Positions 52,102 to 63,715 of a stretch of 64,000 bases of DNA are shown piece after piece. Location of the stretch: contig JACQNC010000006.1 in NCBI GenBank assembly GCA_016203225.1, positions 8,552 through 72,551 on the forward strand, read 5' to 3'. Numbering within the stretch: the first letter of the stretch is position 1; every line of letters starts with the position of its first letter. Under the pieces are notes generated by a model, which made no database searches, had not been told where the DNA came from, and worked only from the letters and a program-made list of their open reading frames with translations. The DNA is from Candidatus Woesearchaeota archaeon (GTDB lineage: Archaea > Nanobdellota > Nanobdellia > Woesearchaeales > ARS49). The translations under genes were made by a program, and so were the position numbers.

Positions 52102-53343
52102 TCAATGCACTTCTTCCGTGCGTTCCTCTTTCACGAACAGGAACACGATGAAGGACAGCACGAAGAACACTAGCAAGGACAGCACCGCGAGGCGCTGGTT
52201 GCCGGTCGCGGCGGATACGCCGCCGAACACCAGCGGACCGAGCGTCGCGGACAGCTTCGACGCGAGCGCATTGAAACCGAACAGTTCGGTCGATTTCCCC
52301 AAGGGCACGATCAGGCTCAGCAACGAGCGTCCGACGGCTTGGCTGGACCCGACGACGGCGCCGGTGAGCACGGCAAGCGCGTAGAACATCGCGGGCGTCT
52401 CTACGACAGACATCCACACGGTCACCACTACCCATCCCGCGACCGCACAGAGCAGGACACGCTTGCTCCCGAAACGGTCCGCCACCTTTCCCGCGAGCGG
52501 CGTCACGATGAACCCGACCGCTTGGACGATCAGGAACAGCACGAACACCGCAGACAGCGGCAGACCGAGCGTCGTCGTCGCGAAGATTCCGGTGAAGCTG
52601 AAGATCGTCACGAGACCGTCGTTCAACAGATAGAACGCCAAGAAAAAGAGGAACACGTTCTTGTATTCATGGACATGGGAAAGCGTGTGCATAACCCGCC
52701 GAAATCCGTGCCGAACGAACGCGCCGGCCTGCGCGACGCCTCGATCGCGGACCCAGAGAAACGCGGGCAGCGCGAACACGAGGAAGAACAGCGCGATCAG
52801 TGGAAACGCGAACCTGACTGTAGGCGCATCGATTCCCGCTCTGTACAACGGCAGGAGGAGTATCGCAGCGAGCGCGCCGCCGAGATAACCGAGCCCCCAC
52901 GCGAACCCTGACACGGTGCCAGCGTGCTGCGGTTTCGCGATCACGGTGAGGAAACTGTCGTACAGCACGATGGCGTTCTCGAACGCGTAATTCGTGATGA
53001 TGAACAGGATGCTCGCGAGCACAACGGTCCCGGGGCCGGTGAAGTACAGCGACGCTGTCCCGAAAACGGCGACAAGCACGAAGAAGACGAACACCGGCTT
53101 GCGTCGCGCGGCAGCATCCGCGCTCGCACCGATGAACGGCGCGCTCAACCCACCCAACAGGATACTCACCGACACGATGATGCCCCACCACAGGTCCGCG
53201 TTCGGTCCGCCGCCCACGATGACGTCGCGGAAATAGACCGAGAACAGAAGCGAGATGATGAGCAAAGAATATGACGAGTTCGCGAAGTCGAAGAACGCCC
53301 AACTCACGACCTCTTTCTTGTTCGGGATGCCCTTTAGGAACAC
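52102..53343 (-). CDS. MFS transporter (UMF1/Atg22-like family)
   Basis: SWAFFDFANSSY near the N-terminus and about 12 TM helices. GTG start 26 nt from the TATA centre. Confidence 0.75.
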   Translation of the reverse strand: MFLKGIPNKKEVVSWAFFDFANSSYSLLIISLLFSVYFRDVIVGGGPNADLWWGIIVSVSILLGGLSAPFIGASADAAARRKPVFVFFVLVAVFGTASLYFTGPGTVVLASILFIITNYAFENAIVLYDSFLTVIAKPQHAGTVSGFAWGLGYLGGALAAILLLPLYRAGIDAPTVRFAFPLIALFFLVFALPAFLWVRDRGVAQAGAFVRHGFRRVMHTLSHVHEYKNVFLFFLAFYLLNDGLVTIFSFTGIFATTTLGLPLSAVFVLFLIVQAVGFIVTPLAGKVADRFGSKRVLLCAVAGWVVVTVWMSVVETPAMFYALAVLTGAVVGSSQAVGRSLLSLIVPLGKSTELFGFNALASKLSATLGPLVFGGVSAATGNQRLAVLSLLVFFVLSFIVFLFVKEERTEEVH

Positions 53344-53365
53344 AGCTTATGGGAAGACGTGCGCG

Positions 53366-53372
53366 TTATAAA
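53366..53372. promoter_or_regulatory. TATA (TTATAAA) for the MFS gene, also correctly placed for + strand transcription of repeat copy D
   Basis: Centre 53369 is 26 nt from the GTG at 53343 (-) and about 33 nt from CCACGATTG at 53402 (+). Confidence 0.45.
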
Positions 53373-53383
53373 CCTTGCTTTGC

Positions 53384-53540
53384 GCCCCGGCTCTGCTGTT
53401 GCCACGATTGACGTGGTTTTACGGGCAGAACGTAGCGTTCTGCTGTACAGCCGAGACCTTCGGGCTCGGCATGTATCGCAATCGATTCGAAAGCAGAAAT
53501 GCCACCACAAACTTGCTGGGAAACTCACGCCTGAGACGAC
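53384..53540 (+). repeat. structured intergenic repeat family, copy D (expanded by about 60 nt)
   Basis: CCACG-attga-CGTGG hairpin (53402-53416), TTACGG, ATCGATTCGA (53481-53490), GCCACCACAAAC (53501-53512), CACGCCTGAGACGA (53526-53539). Stem CCCGGC (53386-53391) / GCTGGG (53515-53520). Two extra hairpins relative to copy A: GCAGAAC-gtagc-GTTCTGC and GCCGAG...ttcg...CTCGGC. Confidence 0.7.
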
Positions 53541-54548
53541 TCACTGACCCTGGAACGCCGCCGCGACGATCAGCGGGAACAGTATGGTGGCATCGCCGAA
53601 CACCTTCACGTGATCGGCGTCGGCCGCGATCTTGCCCCAAGAGACGGCCTCTTCTGGCTCTGCGCCCGAGTCAGAACCGTCGTATTCGACCGCGGTGTTG
53701 ACGTACACCGCGTATTTCGCGCCCTCGCGGAACATGTTGGCGTTGCAGATCATGTGCTTCACGAGCCCTGCGCCGAGCACGATGATTCCGGTCGAAGGCG
53801 CGTTGATCGCGAGGTCGTTGAGCTTCGACGCGTCCTGCGCGATCTCGAGCCTAAGCTCCGGATGGTTGACGCGGAAGAAGTACATTATGTCGCCGATGCT
53901 GCCGTCAGTGATGGCGTGGCAGAACACGGGGATCTTGTGCTTGGCAGCCCAGTAATAGATGCTCTCGGGATTATCGATGCGCTCGCCCATAAGCCAGATG
54001 AGCTCGCTCGGCGTGATGAGATGCCCTGTCTTCTTCTGTTCCGCGAGAACGTCGTTCAGGATCGGGGTCAGGAAGTCCTCGAATGCGCAGTACCTGTCAT
54101 TCGGCACGAAGATGTTGCCCGTGCGGTTGATGCCTTGCTCGCGCAACGCTGCGCCCTTAGCGCGGAAGTCGCCCAGCACGAAAGGCTTCATGCACTTGAT
54201 GAAGTCCTCCTCGATGCCGCCCGCGGTCGTCACGAGCACGTCCACCATGTTGTGCTTGACCAAGTGCAGGATGGCCTCGCGCACGCCTGACGAGACCATG
54301 TTGCTCGTGTAGCCGAGGAATAGCCGCAGCCCGTCCTTGCGGTCAGCACGCATGTGCTTGATGATGGCGACAGATTTCGCGAGATGCGTCGCCTGGAATC
54401 CTGTGGATCCTGAGGCCTTGATGAAAGAATCTATATCGAACGGCTTGGAGAAATCCATGCCTTTGATGAAGGTTTCAGCCTGCGGCTCTGTCGACCGCTT
54501 CCATATCGCTTGCTTCGCCTTCTCGAGCTTGTCTTTAGGGACCCCCAT
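53541..54548 (-). CDS. dys: deoxyhypusine synthase
   Basis: 335 aa with ...VLVTTAGGIEEDFIK..., ...NTAVEYDGSDSGAEPEEAVSWGKI.... Start set to the ATG at 54548, 27 nt from the palindromic TATA GTTTATAAAC. Confidence 0.9.
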   Translation of the reverse strand: MGVPKDKLEKAKQAIWKRSTEPQAETFIKGMDFSKPFDIDSFIKASGSTGFQATHLAKSVAIIKHMRADRKDGLRLFLGYTSNMVSSGVREAILHLVKHNMVDVLVTTAGGIEEDFIKCMKPFVLGDFRAKGAALREQGINRTGNIFVPNDRYCAFEDFLTPILNDVLAEQKKTGHLITPSELIWLMGERIDNPESIYYWAAKHKIPVFCHAITDGSIGDIMYFFRVNHPELRLEIAQDASKLNDLAINAPSTGIIVLGAGLVKHMICNANMFREGAKYAVYVNTAVEYDGSDSGAEPEEAVSWGKIAADADHVKVFGDATILFPLIVAAAFQGQ

Positions 54549-54571
54549 ACAATCGGCAGGCACGAAGGCCG

Positions 54572-54579
54572 TTTATAAA
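54572..54579 (-). promoter_or_regulatory. TATA box (palindromic GTTTATAAAC) for dys
   Basis: Centre is 27 nt upstream of the ATG at 54548. Confidence 0.5.
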
Positions 54580-54605
54580 CATTATGTTCTGGAGAATATA
54601 TGTCG

Positions 54606-55559
54606 TCAGGACACGAGTTTAGCTATCTCGATAGCCAAGAAAACAGCGTACAACCCTATCAAGAGAGCACCATGCTTCCAGGTCATAGTCCTGCGCTGCA
54701 CAAAGAAGATCACCAAGGTCAACGCGACCGCGAGGAACACGACCGCGTTGATGATCTGGCCCGCATCGATCGCGAGCGGATTCAACAGCCCGATGAGACC
54801 GAAGAAAAACAAGAACTCGAGCGCGACACTACCGAGCACGTCACCGACGCCCACGTCCTGGTGGCCACGCATGATGCTCCTGAGCCCAACCGCGAAGTCA
54901 GGCAGGGCGCCTCCGAGCGCGAGCACCGTCAGCGCGATGAAGTACGCAGGTATGCCCGCGAGCGCCGCGAGATTGATCGAGCCGAACACAAGCCATCTGC
55001 CCGCGAGAAGGATCGCGACGAGACTGAGCACGAAGATGAGCGCATCACGCCAGATAGTCCTAAGCAAGACCCGCTTCTTGAGATGACCTGAGGATTCCTC
55101 GCGGTGCCAGAGCCAGCCGAGATACATCACATAGAGCGCGATAAGTATGACACCATCGACACGGCCTAGCTCGTTGTCCCATAGCATCAATGCGAACGGC
55201 GCCAGCAACGCGAGCCACAACACCCATATCGACGGACCGAGGAACTCGGATTCAAGCCTGATCCTCTTGCCCACGAGCGCGAGGACCCCCAACACCAACG
55301 CGAGATGCACCAGATTCGTGCCAAGTATCGTGCCGAACAGCACCTCCTCGCGCCCGATCATCAGGCCGGTAAGGGAACTGATGATCTCAGGCATGCTCGC
55401 CGCCAACGCCACCACCACAAGCCCGATCAGGATGTCGGAAAGCCCGAGTTTGCGCGCGTATCGCGAGATACCGTAAACGACAAGATCGGCCGCCTTGAAG
55501 ATGATGAGCAGACTCGCCAAGACGACGAAGACGTTGAAGAGCACCGGGTCGAGCGCCAC
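54606..55559 (-). CDS. Ca2+/cation antiporter (CaCA/YrbG family)
   Basis: Two internally repeated membrane halves with alpha-repeat-like motifs (GTILGTNLVHLALVLG, GDVLGSVALEFLFFFG). Confidence 0.7.
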   Translation of the reverse strand: MALDPVLFNVFVVLASLLIIFKAADLVVYGISRYARKLGLSDILIGLVVVALAASMPEIISSLTGLMIGREEVLFGTILGTNLVHLALVLGVLALVGKRIRLESEFLGPSIWVLWLALLAPFALMLWDNELGRVDGVILIALYVMYLGWLWHREESSGHLKKRVLLRTIWRDALIFVLSLVAILLAGRWLVFGSINLAALAGIPAYFIALTVLALGGALPDFAVGLRSIMRGHQDVGVGDVLGSVALEFLFFFGLIGLLNPLAIDAGQIINAVVFLAVALTLVIFFVQRRTMTWKHGALLIGLYAVFLAIEIAKLVS

Positions 55560-55674
55560 GCAGTGACGCTCGACGGGAGACTTTTAAGCCTTGATGACTA
55601 CCCGCGAGTGATGGAAAGATTTAAATATGGTTTCGAACCCGAACGAAGCAGAAACCAAGGGGTAGGTGAACGAC

Positions 55675-56079
55675 ATGCCAGTCATTTCATTCAACTTCAC
55701 GAAGATCAGCGCCGAACGTTCAGAAGCGCGTCCGGGCAGCACCAACATCAAGAACTCGGTCGTGATGAACGACGTCGTGAAGACATCCCTCAAGTTGGGA
55801 CCCCAGAACCAGGACGTGCTCCGCGTGCTATTCGAGTTCACCAGCACTTACGAACCAGACCGCGGCAAGATAAAGCTGTTCGGGGAAGTCCTCTACCTTG
55901 AAAAGCCCGAGAAGCTCGACACGCTCGTCAAGGCCTGGCAGAAGGACAAGAAGCTGCCCAAGGACGAGGCGCGTAGCATCGTCAACCACTTGCTAAGTAA
56001 GTGCAACGTGGAAGCGATCCTGCTCAGCAGGGAACTCAACCTGCCAAGCCCGATCGAGCTCCCCCGGCTCACCAAGTGA
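55675..56079 (+). CDS. hypothetical protein, possible SecB-like chaperone fold
   Basis: ISFNFTKISAERSE...DVLRVLFEFTSTYE...GKIKLFGEVLYL...ILLSRELNLPSPIELP loosely follows the SecB pattern. GGTGA Shine-Dalgarno lies 5 nt upstream of the ATG. Confidence 0.35.
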   Translation: MPVISFNFTKISAERSEARPGSTNIKNSVVMNDVVKTSLKLGPQNQDVLRVLFEFTSTYEPDRGKIKLFGEVLYLEKPEKLDTLVKAWQKDKKLPKDEARSIVNHLLSKCNVEAILLSRELNLPSPIELPRLTK

Positions 56080-58401
<2,322 letters not shown>

Positions 58402-58405
58402 ACCT

Positions 58406-59941
58406 TTGCAACGACAACAGATACTTGACGAGATAAAGAGATTCGAGGTCGAGATGGGGCGCGAAGGCCTCGCGCACTCGGTCGGCCTGAAGGACACCAT
58501 CAACACCAGCGCCATATTCTCGAAATACGAGCACGTGTTCACGCCAATGAACGTCAAGCTCCTGAAAGCGTTGCTCAACGCGAGCACGCTCGAGAGCACG
58601 CGCAGGAAGAACCTCCTGCTCTACGACTACCTGGTCTCGTGCCACATCGGAAACCAGTTGAAGGAATTGAGCGATAAGGCCAACAATTACGAGACATCAG
58701 CGACGATCAAGGTCGGCGGCAAGAGCGTCCCGTACCGACAGGCGGCCGTGCTCGTCATGAACCAGCCTGACCGGAAGAAACGCCAGCAGATCACCGAACT
58801 CGTCAAGAAACCCAAAGCTACGCTGACCAAGCTCAACGAAGAAGCTTTGGAACAGGAATACGCTCTGCTCAAGCAGCTAACGGGAAAGGACTACGTCGGC
58901 TATTACGAGTTCGTCAAGGGCATGAAGTACGACAGGTTCGCCGACGACCTCAGAAAATTCCTAATCGACACGCAAGGCATCTACACCGGACGCCTGAACG
59001 AGATCCTCGCCGAGATGAAGATACCTATCGACGACGCGCGCAAGCATGACCTAGGCTACTACAACCGCGCGCACAAGTTCGACAGGTACTTCCCTAAGAA
59101 CAAGCTGCTGCTCACGCTCAAGAAGACGCTCGCAGGCATGGGATTCAACCTCGACCGGCAGAAGAACATCCATGTCGACGCCTCCGAACGCCCGAACAAG
59201 GTGCCCCGCGCGTTCTGCTCCACACTCATAGTGCCGCAGGAGATCCACCTCGTGCTCAAGCCTCACGGGGGCCAGGAGGACTACCAGACAATCCTACACG
59301 AAGCCGGACACAGCGAGCACTTCGCCAACACCCGGGATGATATGGATTACGAGTTCAAGCACATGGGCGCGCACAGCGTGAGCGAAAGCTACGCATTCCT
59401 TTTCGAGTACCTCCTGTTGGACCCGAACTGGCTGCAAACGTACATCAATATGCCTGCCAAGGCCGAACGTGAATTCCTGCAATTCCTGTGGACAAACAAG
59501 CTCTTCTTCCTGCGAAGGTACGCGGGCAAGATAGTCTACGAGGTCAAGCTGCACCGGAACGACCTCCGCAAGCTCGACGAGGACTGGAAACCGATGCGCG
59601 AGAAGTACGCGAGCGCGGCAGACATGTACGCGGACATCTTCTCCCGCGCCATCTGCGTGAAATGCGAAGGCGTAGATTACCTGATCGATGTCGACTCCGG
59701 GTTCTACAGCGCGGACTATCTCAAGGCGTGGATGTTCGAGGTCCAGATCCGCAAGGTCCTGAAGGAACGCTTCGGACCGACGTGGTTCACGAACAAGAAG
59801 GCGGGCGCGTTCCTCAAGGACCTCTGGCAGTTCGGCAGCTCAGGCATGACGCAGGACGAACTGGCACAGCGCATCGGCTACGACAAGGTCGACAAACGCT
59901 ACCTGATAGAGGAACTGCTCGAGGCATTCGAGGCGCATTAA
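58406..59941 (+). CDS. M3-family (PepF-like) oligoendopeptidase
   Basis: TILHEAGHSEH (HExxH) followed by SESYAFLFE. About 510 aa. The start is uncertain (TTG at 58406, first ATG at 58454). Confidence 0.55.
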   Translation: MQRQQILDEIKRFEVEMGREGLAHSVGLKDTINTSAIFSKYEHVFTPMNVKLLKALLNASTLESTRRKNLLLYDYLVSCHIGNQLKELSDKANNYETSATIKVGGKSVPYRQAAVLVMNQPDRKKRQQITELVKKPKATLTKLNEEALEQEYALLKQLTGKDYVGYYEFVKGMKYDRFADDLRKFLIDTQGIYTGRLNEILAEMKIPIDDARKHDLGYYNRAHKFDRYFPKNKLLLTLKKTLAGMGFNLDRQKNIHVDASERPNKVPRAFCSTLIVPQEIHLVLKPHGGQEDYQTILHEAGHSEHFANTRDDMDYEFKHMGAHSVSESYAFLFEYLLLDPNWLQTYINMPAKAEREFLQFLWTNKLFFLRRYAGKIVYEVKLHRNDLRKLDEDWKPMREKYASAADMYADIFSRAICVKCEGVDYLIDVDSGFYSADYLKAWMFEVQIRKVLKERFGPTWFTNKKAGAFLKDLWQFGSSGMTQDELAQRIGYDKVDKRYLIEELLEAFEAH

Positions 59942-59945
59942 TGTG

Positions 59946-60038
59946 TCAGAGACTTCGCAGGAATAGCAAAGTTGGCAAAGTCTCTGAGCACACTCAGAGA
60001 CCGCCGCGTCATAAACGTGCGACAAGAGGCGGTCTCTG
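59946..60038 (+). promoter_or_regulatory. two tandem inverted repeats sharing CAGAGAC/GTCTCTG half-sites around the parvulin promoter
   Basis: IR1 is TCAGAGACTT (59946-59955) / AAGTCTCTGA (59978-59987). IR2 is CAGAGACCGCC (59995-60005) / GGCGGTCTCTG (60028-60038). A TATA-like CATAAAC (60010-60016) lies in the IR2 loop. The ATG follows at 60039. Confidence 0.5.
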
Positions 60039-60320
60039 ATGGCCAAGAAGATCCGCGCCTCGCACATCCTAGTCAAGACAGAACAGGAAGCGAACAGCAT
60101 CCTCTTCGACCTCAAGCGCGGCGCGTCGTTCGAGGACGCAGCAAAGAAATTCTCGCTCTGCCCCTCGAAGAGCAAAGGCGGCGACCTTGGCTGGTTCGGC
60201 CGCAACATGATGGTAAAGGAATTCGAGGACACAGCCTTCTCGCTGCCGGTCGGCGAACTCTCCAAACCGGTCAAGACGCGGTTCGGGTATCACATAATCA
60301 AGGTCACCGAGACACAGTAG
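60039..60320 (+). CDS. parvulin-type peptidyl-prolyl cis-trans isomerase
   Basis: 93 aa. ASHILVK...GGDLGWF...MVKEFEDTAF...GYHIIKV. Confidence 0.88.
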   Translation: MAKKIRASHILVKTEQEANSILFDLKRGASFEDAAKKFSLCPSKSKGGDLGWFGRNMMVKEFEDTAFSLPVGELSKPVKTRFGYHIIKVTETQ

Positions 60321-60369
60321 ACGCGTTCCGGCACAACCTTAATAAACTCCTTGACCGACGATTTCTCAC

Positions 60370-61656
60370 ATGCACAAGGCAGGTGACCGGGTCAGGATCG
60401 TCACGAACGATGAGAGCATCGAAGGCATCCTGCTGCCGGACGAATCGCACTACCACGTCGTCAAGCTCGATTCCGGCTACAACATCGGCGTGGACAAGAA
60501 GCGCGTGAAGGACGTGAAGGTCCTCGAAGCGCACAAGGAGAAGAGGGAGAAGGAACACGTTGTCGCGGCCAAGAAAGGGCTTCCCAGCATAACCATCCTG
60601 CACACCGGCGGCACCATCGCGAGCAAGGTCGACTACGAGACCGGTGCGGTCACTTCCCGGTTCACGCCGGACGAGATCCTCGCGCTCTTCCCCGAACTCA
60701 GGGACATCGCCAACATCGATTCGCGGCTGGTGCGCAACATGGCCTCGGACGACATGCGGTTCGCCCACTACAACATCCTCGCGAAAGAGGTTGAAAAGGA
60801 AGTCGCGAAAGGCGTCAAAGGCGTCATCATCACGCACGGCACAGACACGCTGCACTACACGGGCGCGGCACTCTCGTTCGCGCTGAGAAACCTCCCCATC
60901 CCCGTCATCCTTGTCGGTTCGCAACGCTCCTCTGACCGAGGCAGCTCCGACGCTGGCGTCAACCTCATCTCGGCAGCGACGTTCATCGCGGCCACGGACT
61001 TCGCGGGCGTAGGAGTGTGCATGCACGAGACAACGAACGACACGACATGCGTCATCCTGCCAGGCGTGAAGTGCAGGAAGATGCACTCGTCACGGCGCGA
61101 CGCGTTCAGGGCAATCAACACGACGCCATGGGCGCGCGTCGACCACAAGACGAAGAACATCACCTTCCTGCGCACGGACTATCCGCGACCGAACGGCACG
61201 TTCAACGTAAAACCGTTCAAGGAAACGCTCAAGGTCGGACTCGCGTTCGTCCACACCAACATGTACGCAGAGGAATTCGCGTGCTTCAAAGGTTGGGACG
61301 GCCTCGTCATCGCGGGCACAGGACTAGGGCACGCGCCCATAAGCGAGATCGATGCAGAGACGAAGGAGCACCCGAAGATATTCAACGCGATCAAGCAATT
61401 GATCACAGCAGGCACAATCGTGGCGATGACCACCCAAACCATCTACGGCCAGGTCGACATGAACGTGTACGCGCCCGGCAGGAAGCTCCTTGACCTCGGC
61501 GTGCTCGGGAACCTCGCGGATATGCACCCCGAGACAGCGTTCATCAAGCTAGCCTGGCTGCTCAGCAACTATCCTGCAGCCGAAGCGACACGATTGTACG
61601 GTGTGAACATCGCAGGCGAGCTTTCAGAACGCCTCGAGCCCGGCACATTCCCGTGA
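60370..61656 (+). CDS. gatD: Glu-tRNA(Gln) amidotransferase subunit D
   Basis: N-terminal AD1 domain plus an asparaginase-like domain (ILHTGGTIAS, ITHGTDT). Confidence 0.92.
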   Translation: MHKAGDRVRIVTNDESIEGILLPDESHYHVVKLDSGYNIGVDKKRVKDVKVLEAHKEKREKEHVVAAKKGLPSITILHTGGTIASKVDYETGAVTSRFTPDEILALFPELRDIANIDSRLVRNMASDDMRFAHYNILAKEVEKEVAKGVKGVIITHGTDTLHYTGAALSFALRNLPIPVILVGSQRSSDRGSSDAGVNLISAATFIAATDFAGVGVCMHETTNDTTCVILPGVKCRKMHSSRRDAFRAINTTPWARVDHKTKNITFLRTDYPRPNGTFNVKPFKETLKVGLAFVHTNMYAEEFACFKGWDGLVIAGTGLGHAPISEIDAETKEHPKIFNAIKQLITAGTIVAMTTQTIYGQVDMNVYAPGRKLLDLGVLGNLADMHPETAFIKLAWLLSNYPAAEATRLYGVNIAGELSERLEPGTFP

Positions 61657-61913
61657 CCTACATCAAGGACCTCCTCAACAAGATCAAGTGGGACAAACAA
61701 GAGGATCCCGCAGATTACACGTTCGGTTATGAGGACCGCGTCCTGCGGCAGGTCATCGAGAGGAAGTACACCGACATAAAACGGATCGAGACCGGCTTCG
61801 TCGTGCTCGACATGGCCGGTGAAGAGGTCGCGATCCCGCTCACGCGCATCAAGGTCGTCAAGAACAAAGGAACAATCATATGGCAGCGCTCGACTGGAAA
61901 GCCCTCGGACTGA
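61653..61913 (+). CDS. DUF504 (UPF0248) family small protein
   Basis: IKDLLNKIKWD...YTFGYEDR...IPLTRIKVVKNKGTIIWQR. GTG start overlaps the gatD stop. The 3' end overlaps gatE by 34 nt. Confidence 0.6.
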   Translation: MTYIKDLLNKIKWDKQEDPADYTFGYEDRVLRQVIERKYTDIKRIETGFVVLDMAGEEVAIPLTRIKVVKNKGTIIWQRSTGKPSD

Positions 61914-63715
61914 AGTGCGGACTCGAGATCCACCAGCAACTCGAAGGCGGCAAGCTCTTCTGCGACTGCCCGACCGCGATCCGCGATGACCCTCCGCACT
62001 TCACGATCCAGCGAAGGCTCCGTGCTGTCGCGGGAGAGGCAGGCGACGTCGACGTGGCCGCGCTGCACGAGGTCCAGAAAGGCAAGACATTCGTGTATGA
62101 AGGCTACGAGGACACAACCTGCCACGTCGAACTCGATGAGACGCCGCCGAACGACCTCAACCACGAAGCGTTCACCGTCGGATTGCAGGCCGCGCTCCTG
62201 CTGAAGGCCAAACCTGTCGACCAGGTCCATGTAATGCGCAAGACAGTCGTGGACGGCAGCAACACGTCAGGATTCCAGCGCACGGCCCTGATCGCGCGCG
62301 ACGGAACGCTCACTACGCCGCACGGCACGGTCACTATCCCCACGATCTCGCTTGAAGAGGACGCGTGCAGGATCATCAAGCACACCAACGACGAGACCGT
62401 GTACCGCCTGGACAGGCTCGGCATACCCCTCATCGAGATCGCGACAGGTCCCGAGATCAAGGATCCCGACCATTGCAAGGAGGCCGCGGAAGCGCTCGGA
62501 TTACTGCTGCGGAGCACGGGCAAGGCCAAGCGCGGACTCGGCACCATCAGACAGGACGTCAACGTCAGCATCGTCGGCGGAACGCGCATCGAGATAAAGG
62601 GCGCGCAGGACCTGAAACTCCTCCCGACGCTGGTCGCGTACGAGGCGTTGCGGCAGAAGACCCTGCTCGAGATCAAAGATGAGCTCATCAAACGCGGTGT
62701 CAAGGACATCACGACAACATCGCAGGACGTCACGAAGCACTTCGCGAAAAGCGAGAGCGCAGTCATCAAGGGCGCGCTGGCGAAACAAGGCGTCGTGCTC
62801 GGCATCAAACTTGCAGGATTCGCGGGCCTAATCGGAAAAGAGGTCCAGCCCGGCAGACGGCTCGGCACCGAGCTATCTGACCGCGCGAAAGCGAGCGCGG
62901 GCGTCGGCGGTTTGTTCCACTCGGACGAGTTGCCGAAGTATGGGATGACGCAAGCGGACGTCGATGCGATGAAGAGGACTCTGGACTGCAAAGCGCATGA
63001 CGCTTTCGTGCTCGTCGCCGACACGAACGACAAGGCGACAAACGCGATTCACGCCATCATCGAGCGCGCCCGCGAAACCCTCAAAGGCGTGCCGAAAGAA
63101 GTCCGCAAAGCCAACGAAGACGGAACCACGACGTTCTTGCGCCCCATGCCCGGCGCTGCGCGGCTGTACCCCGAGACCGACGCGCGCCCCATCACGATCA
63201 CGAAGGCGTTGCTGGACAGCATCCCGATCCCCGAGCTCATCGAAGCGAAGATCCAAAGATACGAGACATGGGGGATCGGCCACGACCTGGCAGAACTCGC
63301 AGCGCGTTCAGAGAAAGCGGCGACATTCGAAGGGTTCGTGAAGCGCCATCCAGGACTGAAGCCAGCCTACATCGCAGAGACATTCCTCACGTCGGCACGC
63401 ACGATCCAACGCCAGTTCAAGATAGACATCAATCCATCTGATCACGATTTCGAGGAGCTATTCAAGGCGCTCAACGACGGACTCATCTCGAAAGAGAGCG
63501 TGCTCGATATCCTAAAGCACAACAAGCCGGTCAAGCACGTCCTTTCAGAGTACGCTTTGCTCTCGGACAAAGAGCTCGAGCAAGCCTTGAAGAGGATCAT
63601 AGAGGAGAACAAAGGACTACCGTTCAATGCTTTAATTGGAAAGGCCATGGCGTCCCTGCGCGGAAAGGCGCCGGGACAGAGGATCGCCGAACTCCTGAAG
63701 AGATCCGTTGGATGA
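61880..63715 (+). CDS. gatE: Glu-tRNA(Gln) amidotransferase subunit E
   Basis: LGLKCGLEIHQQL..., 611 aa, GatB/E core plus an insertion and a C-terminal YqeY-like tail. Confidence 0.92.
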   Translation: MAALDWKALGLKCGLEIHQQLEGGKLFCDCPTAIRDDPPHFTIQRRLRAVAGEAGDVDVAALHEVQKGKTFVYEGYEDTTCHVELDETPPNDLNHEAFTVGLQAALLLKAKPVDQVHVMRKTVVDGSNTSGFQRTALIARDGTLTTPHGTVTIPTISLEEDACRIIKHTNDETVYRLDRLGIPLIEIATGPEIKDPDHCKEAAEALGLLLRSTGKAKRGLGTIRQDVNVSIVGGTRIEIKGAQDLKLLPTLVAYEALRQKTLLEIKDELIKRGVKDITTTSQDVTKHFAKSESAVIKGALAKQGVVLGIKLAGFAGLIGKEVQPGRRLGTELSDRAKASAGVGGLFHSDELPKYGMTQADVDAMKRTLDCKAHDAFVLVADTNDKATNAIHAIIERARETLKGVPKEVRKANEDGTTTFLRPMPGAARLYPETDARPITITKALLDSIPIPELIEAKIQRYETWGIGHDLAELAARSEKAATFEGFVKRHPGLKPAYIAETFLTSARTIQRQFKIDINPSDHDFEELFKALNDGLISKESVLDILKHNKPVKHVLSEYALLSDKELEQALKRIIEENKGLPFNALIGKAMASLRGKAPGQRIAELLKRSVG

